From an uncultured virus (IMG/VR IMGVR_UViG_3300046804_004946) (Duplodnaviria; Heunggongvirae; Uroviricota; Caudoviricetes): a DNA stretch of 57,839 nt. Below, piece after piece: positions 38,009-47,502 of the stretch (position 1 is the stretch's first letter; every line of letters starts with the position of its first letter). Under the pieces are notes generated by a model, which had not been told where the DNA came from, searched no databases, and worked only from the letters and a program-made list of their open reading frames with translations. Location: IMG/VR virus record IMGVR_UViG_3300046804_004946, positions 62,001-119,839 of that record; one strand, 5' to 3'. The translations under genes were made by a program, and so were the position numbers.

Positions 38009-39083
38009 TTATTTAATAATTGGTTGTGGTTTGTTCGGATCTACATTTGCAAGACTTGCCGTAGATAATGGCAAGTCTTGTTTAATTATAGATAAGAGAA
38101 ATCATATTGCTGGAAATTGCTATACTAAAAATATTGAAGGGATAAATGTTCATGAATATGGTCCACATATATTTCATACTAGTAACAAACTAGTTTGGAA
38201 TTTTGTAAATAGATTTGCTGAATTTAACAATTATATACATTCTCCTAAAGCATGGCATAAGAATAAATTATATTCTTTGCCATTTAATATGAATACTTTT
38301 TATGAATTGTGGAATACTAAAGATCCTCAACAGGTAAAAACAATAATAGAATCTCAAAAATTTAAGGGAACTGTTGGAAATCTTGAAGAACAGGCGCTGG
38401 CTCTTGTTGGTGAGGATATATACAACACTTTAATTAAAGGATATACTGAAAAACATTGGGGAAGATCTGCAAAGGATCTTCCCTCCTTTATAATTAAAAG
38501 ACTTCCTTTAAGATTTACTTTTGATAATAATTATTTCAATGATAGATATCAAGGTATTCCAGTAGGTGGATATACTAAAATGTTTGAAAACATGCTTGAG
38601 GGAATACCAATTCAACTAGGTGTTGATTATTTTTCTGACAAAAATTATTACAATTCCTTGGCAAAAACTATAGTATATACTGGATGTATAGATGAATTTT
38701 TTGATTATGAGTATGGAAATTTACAGTATCGGTCATTAAAATTTGATACTGAAATTATTAATTCAGATAATTATCAAGCAGTTTCTCAAATGAATTATAC
38801 TTGTGATACTAAAAAATGGACTAGAATTGTAGAGCATAAGCACTTTGAAAACGTAAACACAAAAAATACTATCATTACTAAAGAATATTCTATAGAATAT
38901 AGGATTGGATTAACACCATATTATCCAATAAACGATTTTTATAACCAAAATATTTTTAATAAGTATAAAGAAAAATCTAAATTATTGACAAATACTATAT
39001 TTGGGGGTAGACTATCTGAATATAAGTATATGGATATGCATGTTGTGATTGAATCTGCATTTAATAAATTTAAGAAACAATGA
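37998..39083 (+). CDS. glf: UDP-galactopyranose mutase
   Basis: GCGLFG; HIAGNCY; VHEYGPHIFHT; GRLSEYKYMDM. Confidence 0.95.
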   Translation: MKYDYLIIGCGLFGSTFARLAVDNGKSCLIIDKRNHIAGNCYTKNIEGINVHEYGPHIFHTSNKLVWNFVNRFAEFNNYIHSPKAWHKNKLYSLPFNMNTFYELWNTKDPQQVKTIIESQKFKGTVGNLEEQALALVGEDIYNTLIKGYTEKHWGRSAKDLPSFIIKRLPLRFTFDNNYFNDRYQGIPVGGYTKMFENMLEGIPIQLGVDYFSDKNYYNSLAKTIVYTGCIDEFFDYEYGNLQYRSLKFDTEIINSDNYQAVSQMNYTCDTKKWTRIVEHKHFENVNTKNTIITKEYSIEYRIGLTPYYPINDFYNQNIFNKYKEKSKLLTNTIFGGRLSEYKYMDMHVVIESAFNKFKKQ

Positions 39084-39790
39084 GTATAAGTAGAAGAATT
39101 GTAGTCACAAATCATTCTAGTCATGATTTAGAATGGTTAAAAGATCTTGAAGATCATGGAATAACCTCAGAACATATTTACATTTATGATAGAAGTGGAA
39201 ATGGAGTAGATCAATACAAACATTTGGGAAAAGTATTTGAGTCACCAAATGTTGGATCTAACATATATGATTATGGTAGATATATTGTCGAAAATTATGA
39301 TGATCTTGCTGATATTAATATTTTAATTAAAGGTAATATAACTTGGAGAACTTATACTAATCGGGAAAGATTAATTTATGCTTTGAATGCAAATTGGTTT
39401 GTCCCAATAGATAACGATCCAATAGGAACTGGAGAAAAAAATTATTTTGAACCATGGGGAGAAGGATTTTATGTAAATGATTCTTCTCACTTGGAAAAAA
39501 CTGAAAGATTTATGGGAGATAATAAAGATTTAAAAGTTTATCCCAGAATAAAAAATATAAAAGATTTTTTGGAAGATTTATTCATTATAAAACAAATTCC
39601 AGAATATTTGTCATTCTGCCCAGGTGCAAATTTTGTTGTCCCCAAACAGAATATTTTAAAGTACACTAAAAAGTTTTATCAAAAAATGATAGATTATACT
39701 GATTATGATCCAAATCCTATGGAATCTCATTTCTTTGAAAGAGTTTTACCACTTGCTTGGCAAGGTTGTTTATTAGAAAATTTAGATTGA
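39080..39790 (+). CDS. DUF3431-like putative glycosyltransferase
   Basis: PNVG..Y...IVENYDDL; PGANFVV; ESHFFER. Confidence 0.65.
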   Translation: MSISRRIVVTNHSSHDLEWLKDLEDHGITSEHIYIYDRSGNGVDQYKHLGKVFESPNVGSNIYDYGRYIVENYDDLADINILIKGNITWRTYTNRERLIYALNANWFVPIDNDPIGTGEKNYFEPWGEGFYVNDSSHLEKTERFMGDNKDLKVYPRIKNIKDFLEDLFIIKQIPEYLSFCPGANFVVPKQNILKYTKKFYQKMIDYTDYDPNPMESHFFERVLPLAWQGCLLENLD

Positions 39791-39791
39791 T

Positions 39792-40583
39792 ATGGATAAA
39801 AATAAATCTGCATATAAACTTAAGGGTCTTCCACACATCTATTATATTAATTTAGATGATAAACAAGAACGTGCCAAATACATGGAGGAACAATTTAAAT
39901 ATTGGCAAATAGAAAATTATACTCGTATATCTGCTTATGATGGTAGAGATGATGATCTTGGACATTTGCTTAAAGGAAGATATCCAGATATGATGAATTC
40001 TGGAGAAGTAGGGTGCGTTACTTCACATTTAAAAGCATTAAAGCATTTTTTAGAATTTTCTAATGAACAAGTTGCTTTAATTATGGAAGATGATTGTGAT
40101 TTAGATACTGTAAAACATTGGCCATTTAATTGGAAAGACTTTTATTGTAAGATTCCTTATGATTATGATGTAATACAATTAGCGATTATTAATCCATCTC
40201 AAATACATATGAGACTTCATCGTAGATTTGTTAATGATTTTTCTACGGCATGTTATTTAATAACTCGTCATCATGCACAAAAACTTATCAATCTTCATTG
40301 TAGGGAAGATAAGTATAAACTTGATAACGGAGTAAAACCAAGAGCAGTAGCAGATGATTTAATTTACAATTCTGGAAATACTTTTGCAATGCCTTTGTTT
40401 ATGTATAAAATTGAGTTGGGATCCGATATTCATGATGACCATATAGATAGTTTTCATAGAAGTAGTTATGAGGGTCTGTGGCAATTTTGGAGAAATGAAG
40501 CAGTTGATATTTCAGATTGGAACTTTATATTTGATTATGATGCTTATGCTAACAGAATACCAATTGTTAAATCGTCTGAGTAA
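39792..40583 (+). CDS. Glycosyltransferase family 25
   Basis: IYYINLD..ER; RISAYDG; GEVGCVTSHLKA; IMEDD; STACYLI. Confidence 0.88.
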   Translation: MDKNKSAYKLKGLPHIYYINLDDKQERAKYMEEQFKYWQIENYTRISAYDGRDDDLGHLLKGRYPDMMNSGEVGCVTSHLKALKHFLEFSNEQVALIMEDDCDLDTVKHWPFNWKDFYCKIPYDYDVIQLAIINPSQIHMRLHRRFVNDFSTACYLITRHHAQKLINLHCREDKYKLDNGVKPRAVADDLIYNSGNTFAMPLFMYKIELGSDIHDDHIDSFHRSSYEGLWQFWRNEAVDISDWNFIFDYDAYANRIPIVKSSE

Positions 40584-40612
40584 ATATACTTATTGTGTTA
40601 GGATATCCGAAC

Positions 40613-40672
40613 AAAGAGGGTCTTGACCCCTCTTTATTTTTGCTATATAATATTGTAACAGTTCTTTACAAA
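40613..40672 (+). promoter_or_regulatory. Terminator-embedded promoter of hli with HLR1-like repeat
   Basis: AAAGAGGGG-TCTTGA-CCCCTCTTT; TTGACC(40623)-17bp-TATAAT; GTAACAGT-TC-TTTACAAA at 40655-40672. Confidence 0.65.
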
Positions 40673-40678
40673 ACTACA

Positions 40679-40882
40679 ATGACTGTAACAACTAATGAGT
40701 ACGGACAACAAAACATGTGGGCCAAAGAGCCTGAAATGGTTTATCAAGAATACAAACGTAAAGGTCTTCTGACCCCCATGCAAACTACGGAGATGTATAA
40801 TGGGCGCTGGGCAATGGTCGGGATTTTTGCTGGTGCTATTTCTTATTTTATCACTGGCAAACTCTTCTTCGGGATCTTCTGA
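40679..40882 (+). CDS. hli: High-light inducible protein (long form)
   Basis: NMWAKEP N-terminal motif; EMYNGRWAMVG; TGKLFFGIF. Confidence 0.93.
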   Translation: MTVTTNEYGQQNMWAKEPEMVYQEYKRKGLLTPMQTTEMYNGRWAMVGIFAGAISYFITGKLFFGIF

Positions 40883-40896
40883 TTAGGGGCTTGACA

Positions 40897-40983
40897 ATGA
40901 CTTCAACTATCTTTACAATTACTAGTGTTGCTTTCTTTGTTTTACTGGCAGCATCTGTAGAAAAAATTTGTGAGACTTATTAA
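40897..40983 (+). CDS. 28-aa single-TM microprotein
   Basis: [33 protein letters not shown] coupling to petF. Confidence 0.55.
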   Translation: MTSTIFTITSVAFFVLLAASVEKICETY

Positions 40984-41273
40984 TGGCATTTAACATTACC
41001 CTCCAATCTCCCGATGGAACTGAAACTACCATTCAGTGTCCTGAAGATCAATATATTATGGACGCTGCTGAAGAGGCAGGCGTAGATCTTCCTTCCAGTT
41101 GCCGTGCTGGTGCTTGTTCCGCTTGTGCTGGTAAACTTATCAGTGGTACAGTAGATAATGAGGATCAATCTTTTCTTGATGATGAACAAGTTGCAGATGG
41201 TTGGGTGCTAACCTGTGTAGCATACCCCACTAGCGATTGTGTGATCCTTACTGAACAGGAAGAGAATCTGTGA
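40983..41273 (+). CDS. petF: Plant-type [2Fe-2S] ferredoxin
   Basis: [13 protein letters not shown]...VLTCVAYP. Confidence 0.97.
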   Translation: MAFNITLQSPDGTETTIQCPEDQYIMDAAEEAGVDLPSSCRAGACSACAGKLISGTVDNEDQSFLDDEQVADGWVLTCVAYPTSDCVILTEQEENL

Positions 41274-41482
41274 GTGCAAACATGCTTGGGCAATTTAATC
41301 TTGCCCTTCAAGAGTTAATTAATACTGGTGCCTGGGACAAAAATGCAGAACTAGAAGTTAAAATTGCAGGCACTCTTAAAAGTGATAAGTTTATTGTGAT
41401 TAAACCTATCAAACAAAAACTGGTTTGTAATCCAAACCCAGACCTTAAACAAAAACACTCTTATCAAGGAGAAAACAAATGA
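41270..41482 (+). CDS. Hypothetical protein
   Basis: GTG start overlapping the petF stop; [17 protein letters not shown]. Confidence 0.65.
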   Translation: MSANMLGQFNLALQELINTGAWDKNAELEVKIAGTLKSDKFIVIKPIKQKLVCNPNPDLKQKHSYQGENK

Positions 41483-41598
41483 AATTTGGATTTACCCCCG
41501 AAGCAGAAATTCTTAATGCTCGTTTTGCGATGATTGGATTTGTTGCTGGAGTTGCTTCTTATCTTACCACTGGTCAAATTATTCCTGGTATTTTTTAA
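41479..41598 (+). CDS. hli: High-light inducible protein (short form, 39 aa)
   Basis: [46 protein letters not shown]. Below the ORF-track size cutoff. Confidence 0.93.
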   Translation: MKFGFTPEAEILNARFAMIGFVAGVASYLTTGQIIPGIF

Positions 41599-41641
41599 AT
41601 AATATGATATGATATAGAGAACATATTATATCATAATTAGA

Positions 41642-42163
41642 ATGAAACTTCCTTCTTTATATGAATTTAAAATTAATGATGAATCTCTAAATTTTTTATT
41701 AGATAAATTGGAGTTTTATAAAAAAAATTCAATTTATTGGAGGAATGAAGAAAACTATTCTCCAGCGAATAAAGTTGTTACTGAAAATGGAGATCATACT
41801 GATAATTTATTAGATTATGATGATGACCTAGTTAATTTTTTAGAATCTATAAAACAAGATTTTGAAAAAAAATTTGAACAAAAATTTGAATTATTTTGGT
41901 CTCATATTATACATTATTATCCTGGAGGATATCAAAAATTTCATAAGCATGATCATAATGAAGATTTTGGGTTTTTAATTTATTTAAATGATTGTGATGG
42001 TGGGGAAACTGTATTTACTTTAAATGAAAAAAGAAAAACAATAAAATCAATTAAACCTAGAAAAGGAAATGGAATCTTTTTTCTTGCTTCATTAGGACAT
42101 TATGGTGATGTGTGTAAAACAGAAAAAAAAGTTCTTTTTTGTGGATTAAAATTAAAAAACTAA
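41642..42163 (+). CDS. 2OG-Fe(II) oxygenase-like protein
   Basis: YYPGGYQKFHKH; LIYLNDCDGGETVF; H...K. Confidence 0.75.
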   Translation: MKLPSLYEFKINDESLNFLLDKLEFYKKNSIYWRNEENYSPANKVVTENGDHTDNLLDYDDDLVNFLESIKQDFEKKFEQKFELFWSHIIHYYPGGYQKFHKHDHNEDFGFLIYLNDCDGGETVFTLNEKRKTIKSIKPRKGNGIFFLASLGHYGDVCKTEKKVLFCGLKLKN

Positions 42164-42185
42164 TAAAAAAATTATGGAGGTTAAA

Positions 42186-42713
42186 ATGCGTAGCGAAGGA
42201 TATACTATTCCTGAAGTTCAATTTTTATTCAGGGAAAATGGAGAATTTGTAAATCGTACAACATCAGAACTGTTTAATGATAAACGTGTGGTCATTTTTA
42301 GTTTGCCTGGTGCTTTCACTCCTACTTGCAGTGCCTATCAGTTACCTGGATTCGAAGAGAAATACGACGACTTTATTGGTCTTGGCATCGACGATATTTA
42401 TTGCATCTCTGTTAATGATGGGTTTGTGATGAATGCCTGGGCAAAGGACCAAAATATTGAAAAGATTACTTTAATTCCAGATGGTAATGCATATTTCACA
42501 CGCTCTATGGGTATGCTTGTGAATAAATCAAATCTTGGTTTTGGTAATCGTTCTTGGCGATATGCTGCTGTTGTAGATAACGGAATTATTGAAAAACTTT
42601 TTGTTGAAGAGGGTTTACGTGATAATGGGGATACCGATCCTTATGAAGAAACAACTCCAGATAAAGTTCTTGAATATGTTTCTGCAAATGTAAAAGTTGG
42701 TGCCACTGTTTGA
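42186..42713 (+). CDS. Peroxiredoxin (type II/Prx5-like)
   Basis: LPGAFTPTCS; SVNDGFVMNAW; GFGNRSWRY; GGAGG SD before ATG 42186. Confidence 0.95.
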   Translation: MRSEGYTIPEVQFLFRENGEFVNRTTSELFNDKRVVIFSLPGAFTPTCSAYQLPGFEEKYDDFIGLGIDDIYCISVNDGFVMNAWAKDQNIEKITLIPDGNAYFTRSMGMLVNKSNLGFGNRSWRYAAVVDNGIIEKLFVEEGLRDNGDTDPYEETTPDKVLEYVSANVKVGATV

Positions 42714-42734
42714 AATAATAAGTAATATTATTTG

Positions 42735-42767
42735 ACTCTGTTGCTAAATAAGCAGCAGAGTTTTTTT
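42735..42767 (+). terminator. Terminator with late-promoter motif in its loop
   Basis: ACTCTGTTGC-TAAATAA-GCAGCAGAGT-T-run. Confidence 0.65.
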
Positions 42768-42938
42768 ATGTCTATGCCACGCGGACAACTGACTAGGGAT
42801 ATTATAAAGTGTGAAGTTCTTAAAATTAAAAGAGATTTGGATAGAGAATGGATGGATAAATCTAGTTATGATCCAAAATGGTTAGCACATCAATACCTTA
42901 ATAAAGTATTAGATAAGATTGAAGAATACTCATATTAA
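42768..42938 (+). CDS. Small hypothetical protein
   Basis: MPRGQLT...KWLAHQYLNKVLD.IEEY. Confidence 0.65.
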   Translation: MSMPRGQLTRDIIKCEVLKIKRDLDREWMDKSSYDPKWLAHQYLNKVLDKIEEYSY

Positions 42939-42969
42939 TAAATACTTTAGTTGCATTCGGGAGAAAGGC

Positions 42970-43641
42970 ATGACATTAGATCTTCATAATTTTTTCAAAT
43001 ATTATGATGATGGTAATGCGAACCATGTGGCGGCAGTTCAGTGGTTGGAAGATAACCTTCCTGCTCAATTCCTTGATGATTCGGAAACAGAATGGATTGG
43101 AATTTTTAGAACTAAACCACCTACACCAGAAGTTCTTGCAGTTCCATACTTCAATCAAGTAGACAATTATAGAGATGCACATAGAACTTGCAACTCTTCA
43201 TCGTGCGCTATGTGCCTTGCTTTCCTCAAGCCAGGAAGCATTAAAGGTGATGACGAATACGTTAAGAAAGTATTTGCAATTGGTGATACAACTGACCATG
43301 CGGTACAGACGAAAGTTCTGGCAGGTTATGGTGTTAAGTCACACTTTAGTTACAATTTATCTTTTGCTGATATTGATAAAAGTTTGGACGCTGGAAAGCC
43401 CGTTGTTATTGGCATACTCCATAGGGGTTCTCTTTCTGCACCTACTGGTGGGCACATGTGTGTTGTAATTGGTAAGACCCCAGATGGTAAAGGATACTAT
43501 GTAAATGATCCTTATGGTTCACTTAATGACAACTACACGGGTCCAGTAACAAATGGCAAGAAAACCATTTACACCAAAGCAGTTCTTAAGCACCGTTGGT
43601 GTCCAGGAGGCAACGATGGATGGGGAAGAATCTTCGACTAA
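42970..43641 (+). CDS. Peptidase C39-like cell-wall hydrolase (putative endolysin)
   Basis: VPYFNQ..CNSSSCAM; GGHMCVVIG; VNDPYG (Cys-His-Asp triad). Confidence 0.85.
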   Translation: MTLDLHNFFKYYDDGNANHVAAVQWLEDNLPAQFLDDSETEWIGIFRTKPPTPEVLAVPYFNQVDNYRDAHRTCNSSSCAMCLAFLKPGSIKGDDEYVKKVFAIGDTTDHAVQTKVLAGYGVKSHFSYNLSFADIDKSLDAGKPVVIGILHRGSLSAPTGGHMCVVIGKTPDGKGYYVNDPYGSLNDNYTGPVTNGKKTIYTKAVLKHRWCPGGNDGWGRIFD

Positions 43642-43753
43642 TTTTAAAAGAAAGATGCTTAAAGTGATTAAGGATCTTACAAATAACGGTAGGCATAAGG
43701 AAGCAAACGAACTTTATCAAAGGTATTTCGGAGGACAAAATGGCAAGAATTGA
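43616..43753 (+). CDS. Small hypothetical protein between the two lysins
   Basis: AGGAGG SD before ATG 43616; MDGEESSTNFKRKML...ELYQRYF. Confidence 0.55.
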   Translation: MDGEESSTNFKRKMLKVIKDLTNNGRHKEANELYQRYFGGQNGKN

Positions 43754-44408
43754 TTTACATAACTTCTTCAAGTTTTATGACGAGAAGAATCCTAATCACG
43801 TTAAAGCTGTACAGTGGTTAGAAGATAATCTGCCAGTCAAGTATCTAGAAGATAATATTGATTGGGCGGAGATTTATAGGGGAAAAAAGGGTAATGCTGC
43901 ACCAGCACCCACTGCTGCTGCAGCTCCTGTAGCAGGTGGTGATGATGTTCCACAAATGGGAATCAAATTAGTGAAAGAGTTTGAAGGATGTAGATTGAAT
44001 GCTTATCCAGATCCTCTCTCAGGTAATCTTCCAATCACTATTGGTTGGGGATGCACTCGTAAGAAGGATGGATCACCATTCAAGATGGGAGATACGATTA
44101 CTCAAGCAGAAGCAGATGAGCTACTGATTGATGAAGCGAAGAAACATTTCCTACCAGCACTTCGTAAAATTCCATATTGGAATGAAATGAGTGATGGCAA
44201 AAGAGGTGCCCTTCTATCCTTCGCTTATAATTTGGGCGCTGGGTTTTATGGTGGCGATAATTTTAATACTATTACTCGTGTCTTAAAAAATAAAGAATGG
44301 GATAAGGTGCCCGATGCGCTTTACCTCTACAGAAATCCTGGTTCTAATGTAGAAGCAGGACTAGCACGTAGAAGAAAAGCAGAAGGTGAAGCTTGGAAAA
44401 AAGGTTAA
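43740..44408 (+). CDS. GH24 lysozyme (endolysin)
   Basis: KEFEGCRLNAYPD...TIGWG; ALLSFAYNLG; GLARRRKAE. Confidence 0.95.
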   Translation: MARIDLHNFFKFYDEKNPNHVKAVQWLEDNLPVKYLEDNIDWAEIYRGKKGNAAPAPTAAAAPVAGGDDVPQMGIKLVKEFEGCRLNAYPDPLSGNLPITIGWGCTRKKDGSPFKMGDTITQAEADELLIDEAKKHFLPALRKIPYWNEMSDGKRGALLSFAYNLGAGFYGGDNFNTITRVLKNKEWDKVPDALYLYRNPGSNVEAGLARRRKAEGEAWKKG

Positions 44409-44425
44409 CTTCACACTAAGGACAA

Positions 44426-44779
44426 ATGGAAAACACAAAAAGAGAAAAATGTATGGGACAAGTTATTCGTATTGCCATTCTGGGATGGTCTGCTGCCCTT
44501 CTCACCGCTAGTTATGCTGGTGCCCTATCCAAGATGGACCCAACCTTTATTGCTACGGTCTTCACGGCTTCTGCTGCTACCTTTGGTATTAATACTATGA
44601 AAAAAGGTGGAGATGATGATGAAAAAAAAGATCAACCACGTAGAGAAGAATTTGTAGAAGCGCCACCAGAACCACCAGCAGTTTTAGAAACATCAGTAAC
44701 TCTTGAAGAAAGAGTTGAAGCACTTGAAACTAAAGTTGATGATACTGAAGGATATGTTCAACCCCGCACAGGAGTCTAA
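44426..44779 (+). CDS. Two-TM membrane protein, holin candidate
   Basis: ILGWSAALLTASY and DPTFIATVFTASAATFG helices; charged tail; follows the lysozyme. Confidence 0.65.
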   Translation: MENTKREKCMGQVIRIAILGWSAALLTASYAGALSKMDPTFIATVFTASAATFGINTMKKGGDDDEKKDQPRREEFVEAPPEPPAVLETSVTLEERVEALETKVDDTEGYVQPRTGV

Positions 44780-44886
44780 TGTCTAAATCTCCAAATAAAG
44801 GTAAAAAAGGATCTGCTAATAATAAAAAGCAGAATTGTGGAAATGCCACTGCCAAAAAGGCAAAAAATGGGGGTAAAAAGAAGTAA
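44779..44886 (+). CDS. 35-aa basic peptide
   Basis: MSKSPNKGKKGSANNKKQNCGNATAKKAKNGGKKK; AGGAG SD; TAATG coupling at both ends. Confidence 0.6.
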   Translation: MSKSPNKGKKGSANNKKQNCGNATAKKAKNGGKKK

Positions 44887-45059
44887 TGTTAGTTGAAGTT
44901 TTGATTGCTGGTAATGTTATGATTGGTCCTAATTTATGCCAAGCAGATTTGATTTATAAAAACCAACTTTATACAGTTGAATACAAATGCCCAGAGAATG
45001 GAACACTCCAAAGAGGGAGTGTTGGAATGCTCCAATCCACCAAATACTTAAAGCTATAG
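44886..45059 (+). CDS. Small hypothetical protein (57 aa)
   Basis: MLVEVLIAGNVMIGPNLCQ...; coupled start. Confidence 0.5.
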   Translation: MLVEVLIAGNVMIGPNLCQADLIYKNQLYTVEYKCPENGTLQRGSVGMLQSTKYLKL

Positions 45060-45187
45060 ATAATCACACCCGTCTCTTTATGGAAACGGGTGATTTTTGG
45101 CATGAAGAGCAAGCAAACATATTAAGAAAATATGTAAAAGATTTAAAAGTCTGGATACATAAACAGGAGGGATGGTGGAATGAATGA
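44987..45187 (+). CDS. Conserved hypothetical protein
   Basis: MPREWNTPKRECWNAPIHQILKAIDNH. Confidence 0.7.
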   Translation: MPREWNTPKRECWNAPIHQILKAIDNHTRLFMETGDFWHEEQANILRKYVKDLKVWIHKQEGWWNE

Positions 45188-45332
45188 TTTTCCTTGGGGA
45201 GTTGTAATAATATTATCTTGTGGTCTTTTATTTACATTATATTGCATTTACTACATATTAAAATTAGCAAACGAGGAAATGAAAGATGAAACATCTAGCA
45301 CTCATTCTGTCCATCACAAGTCTGACAATTAG
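45180..45332 (+). CDS. Small membrane protein (50 aa)
   Basis: MNDFPWGVVIILSCGLLFTLYCIYYIL; GGAGG upstream. Confidence 0.55.
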   Translation: MNDFPWGVVIILSCGLLFTLYCIYYILKLANEEMKDETSSTHSVHHKSDN

Positions 45333-45498
45333 TGGAGCACTATGTTATGGTGCTTATGTAACTTATAAAAAAGCAGAATCAATTCTCAATAACCCAGAAG
45401 AGTTTGTTGGAAAAGTTGTTGAGAATCAAGTGAATAAAGCATTTGAAAAACTACCTATTCCTAAACTAAATACTGGGAGTATTAAGTTTCCTTTCTAA
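45286..45498 (+). CDS. Small membrane-anchored protein
   Basis: N-terminal hydrophobic helix. Confidence 0.65.
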   Translation: MKHLALILSITSLTISGALCYGAYVTYKKAESILNNPEEFVGKVVENQVNKAFEKLPIPKLNTGSIKFPF

Positions 45499-45926
45499 TG
45501 GCAGATAAAGACCCATACATATATCGGATCCGCGAAGTTCATAAGGTAGTCGATGGAGATACTATTGACGCTGATATTGACCTGGGGTTTGATATTTCTC
45601 TCACTAAACGTATTCGCCTCGCTGGTGTGGATACTCCTGAAAGTCGTACCACTGATGCGTATGAAAAAAAACTTGGACTTGAAGTCAAAGATTGGCTCAA
45701 GCATAGATTAGAGTTTGCTAAAGATATTATAATCAAAACAGAATTGCCCGATAGTACGGAAAAGTATGGACGTATTATTGGGCATTTGTTTATAAATGGA
45801 GAATCAACTTCAATTAACAATCAAATGGTTTCTGAAGGATATGCTTGGGAATATGATGGTGGTACAAAGAAAAAAGATTTTGCTTTATTGGAGGCAAAAC
45901 GAAATGCAAGCAAAAAGTCTATCTGA
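45498..45926 (+). CDS. Thermonuclease (SNase-like) family protein
   Basis: VVDGDTID; RIRLAGVDTPE; KYGRI; GYAWEY. Confidence 0.9.
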   Translation: MADKDPYIYRIREVHKVVDGDTIDADIDLGFDISLTKRIRLAGVDTPESRTTDAYEKKLGLEVKDWLKHRLEFAKDIIIKTELPDSTEKYGRIIGHLFINGESTSINNQMVSEGYAWEYDGGTKKKDFALLEAKRNASKKSI

Positions 45927-46059
45927 AGAAGAACAGAAAGAAAAACTTCAAAAAAAGTCATCTAAATTTGATAACGTATTGCTTGATGCACTTTATAATA
46001 TAATTGCTTATATTCCAGCAGCAATTATTACTTGGTTTATTTCAAACTTTGAACTTTAG
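45904..46059 (+). CDS. Small C-terminally anchored protein
   Basis: MQAKSL...IIAYIPAAIITWFI; abuts the convergent minus-strand gene. Confidence 0.55.
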   Translation: MQAKSLSEEEQKEKLQKKSSKFDNVLLDALYNIIAYIPAAIITWFISNFEL

Positions 46060-46937
46060 AATGATAATCTAGCTGCTAATTTTTTAGCAATCTTTTGTGG
46101 TGGGGCATAGAGAGATTTAAATCTTTCTTGCCCTTCTTTTGTGAATTTGTCTTTTATTACATCATCAATAATAATTTTATTGTCTATTTCATAAAGAGAA
46201 TTTGTATCTACTTGGTCACGTATGTATTGCTCTACATTATCAGTTTGTGTTATTAAACGTGTTCCCTCTGATGAATATTCAAATATATCAACATGCCCTT
46301 CTTCTGCCATAACATAATGGAGAACAGGTTTGACTTGTTTGATTTTAATTTTAAATTTGTTTTTTGTTGCTTCTCTTATTACTGGTTCTGCCGCATTTTT
46401 AACTACGTTTAATACTTGTGTGGCAATCATCGTAGAAGCTGTAGTAACTACTGCGACAGCACCAGCCGTAGCAACAAGAGAAGGATCAGGTAAATTAATA
46501 TTGATTCCACCGACAGTAAAGGTTGGAGTAGTGTTTGGTTTGTCTGCTGGTATTTCAGCAATTGGCGTTTGAACGGGGGGGGTTTGAACAACCTGTGGCA
46601 GTTGAGGGGCAGGAGTAGGTGTTGAGGGAAGTCCTCTAGTTTTTTCTTGTTTTTCTGCTTCTTGTTTTTCACGTTCTGCCTTTACTGCCGCATCAAATTC
46701 TGCTTGAGTTGGAACATTAATAACTGGGTAGTTTATTGTAGTATTTGGAGCATTAATTATAGGAATGGATAATCCACGAACAACGGGTTGTTCAACATCA
46801 TAAATTGTTGGTTTTTCTATAGTTGAAATTATAGATGGACCAGTAATTTTATTAATGTTTGAATTTGGTATATTGATCGGATTATTTCCGATTATTGGTT
46901 TTAAATTTGGATTATCAATTTGTGCGATTGGATCCAT
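46056..46937 (-). CDS. Pro-rich membrane-associated hypothetical protein
   Basis: Pro/Ile/Asn-rich N-half; hydrophobic LVATAGAVAVVTTAST segment; last gene of the minus-strand unit. Confidence 0.75.
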   Translation of the reverse strand: MDPIAQIDNPNLKPIIGNNPINIPNSNINKITGPSIISTIEKPTIYDVEQPVVRGLSIPIINAPNTTINYPVINVPTQAEFDAAVKAEREKQEAEKQEKTRGLPSTPTPAPQLPQVVQTPPVQTPIAEIPADKPNTTPTFTVGGININLPDPSLVATAGAVAVVTTASTMIATQVLNVVKNAAEPVIREATKNKFKIKIKQVKPVLHYVMAEEGHVDIFEYSSEGTRLITQTDNVEQYIRDQVDTNSLYEIDNKIIIDDVIKDKFTKEGQERFKSLYAPPQKIAKKLAARLSF

Positions 46938-47502
46938 TAACTACATCCTCAACTTTTGGATATTTGACAACAACATCGGCACATATTTTGTAGTAAGGAC
47001 TATCAGGATGAAACATAACTCCATTTTTATATGCTTCACCACATTTTAATAATCTAACTAATTCAAAATCTAATCTTGCTTTGTCTGCTTCTGCTTGTTG
47101 TCTAGCAATTTCTGTTCTTGCTCTTTCTTTACACAGTTCACTTAAACTTCCATCTAACGGAAAATTAAATCCCATACTGACACCAGCGTTGCCACTATAG
47201 GATTTAAATGTTTCTGGATCATCACTTCCATTTCCTGTTGTTAAAACAAACGGAGCAAAACTCATCGTCGGTCCTTGACAGGATACACCACCACCGTATG
47301 TGTTGACGGCATAAGGACCTTGTAATACTTGGACAGCCTGGTTTGTAACGTTACCAGTAGCACTGGCACTAGGACCAGCGATGTTAGTGTTTGACGGAGC
47401 AGTTTGAGCTGCTGTGGATCCACAAAGTAAGGCACTAGTTACTGTGTAAAGACAGATATTGATGTAGTGGTTGATTGGGTTTCTGTGGTGCGATCTATCC
47501 AT
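46915..47502 (-). CDS. Secreted hypothetical protein
   Basis: Signal-like segment; ASATGNVTNQAVQ; SCQGPT; RLDFELVRLLKCGE. Exact start uncertain. Confidence 0.75.
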   Translation of the reverse strand: MDRSHHRNPINHYINICLYTVTSALLCGSTAAQTAPSNTNIAGPSASATGNVTNQAVQVLQGPYAVNTYGGGVSCQGPTMSFAPFVLTTGNGSDDPETFKSYSGNAGVSMGFNFPLDGSLSELCKERARTEIARQQAEADKARLDFELVRLLKCGEAYKNGVMFHPDSPYYKICADVVVKYPKVEDVVNGSNRTN

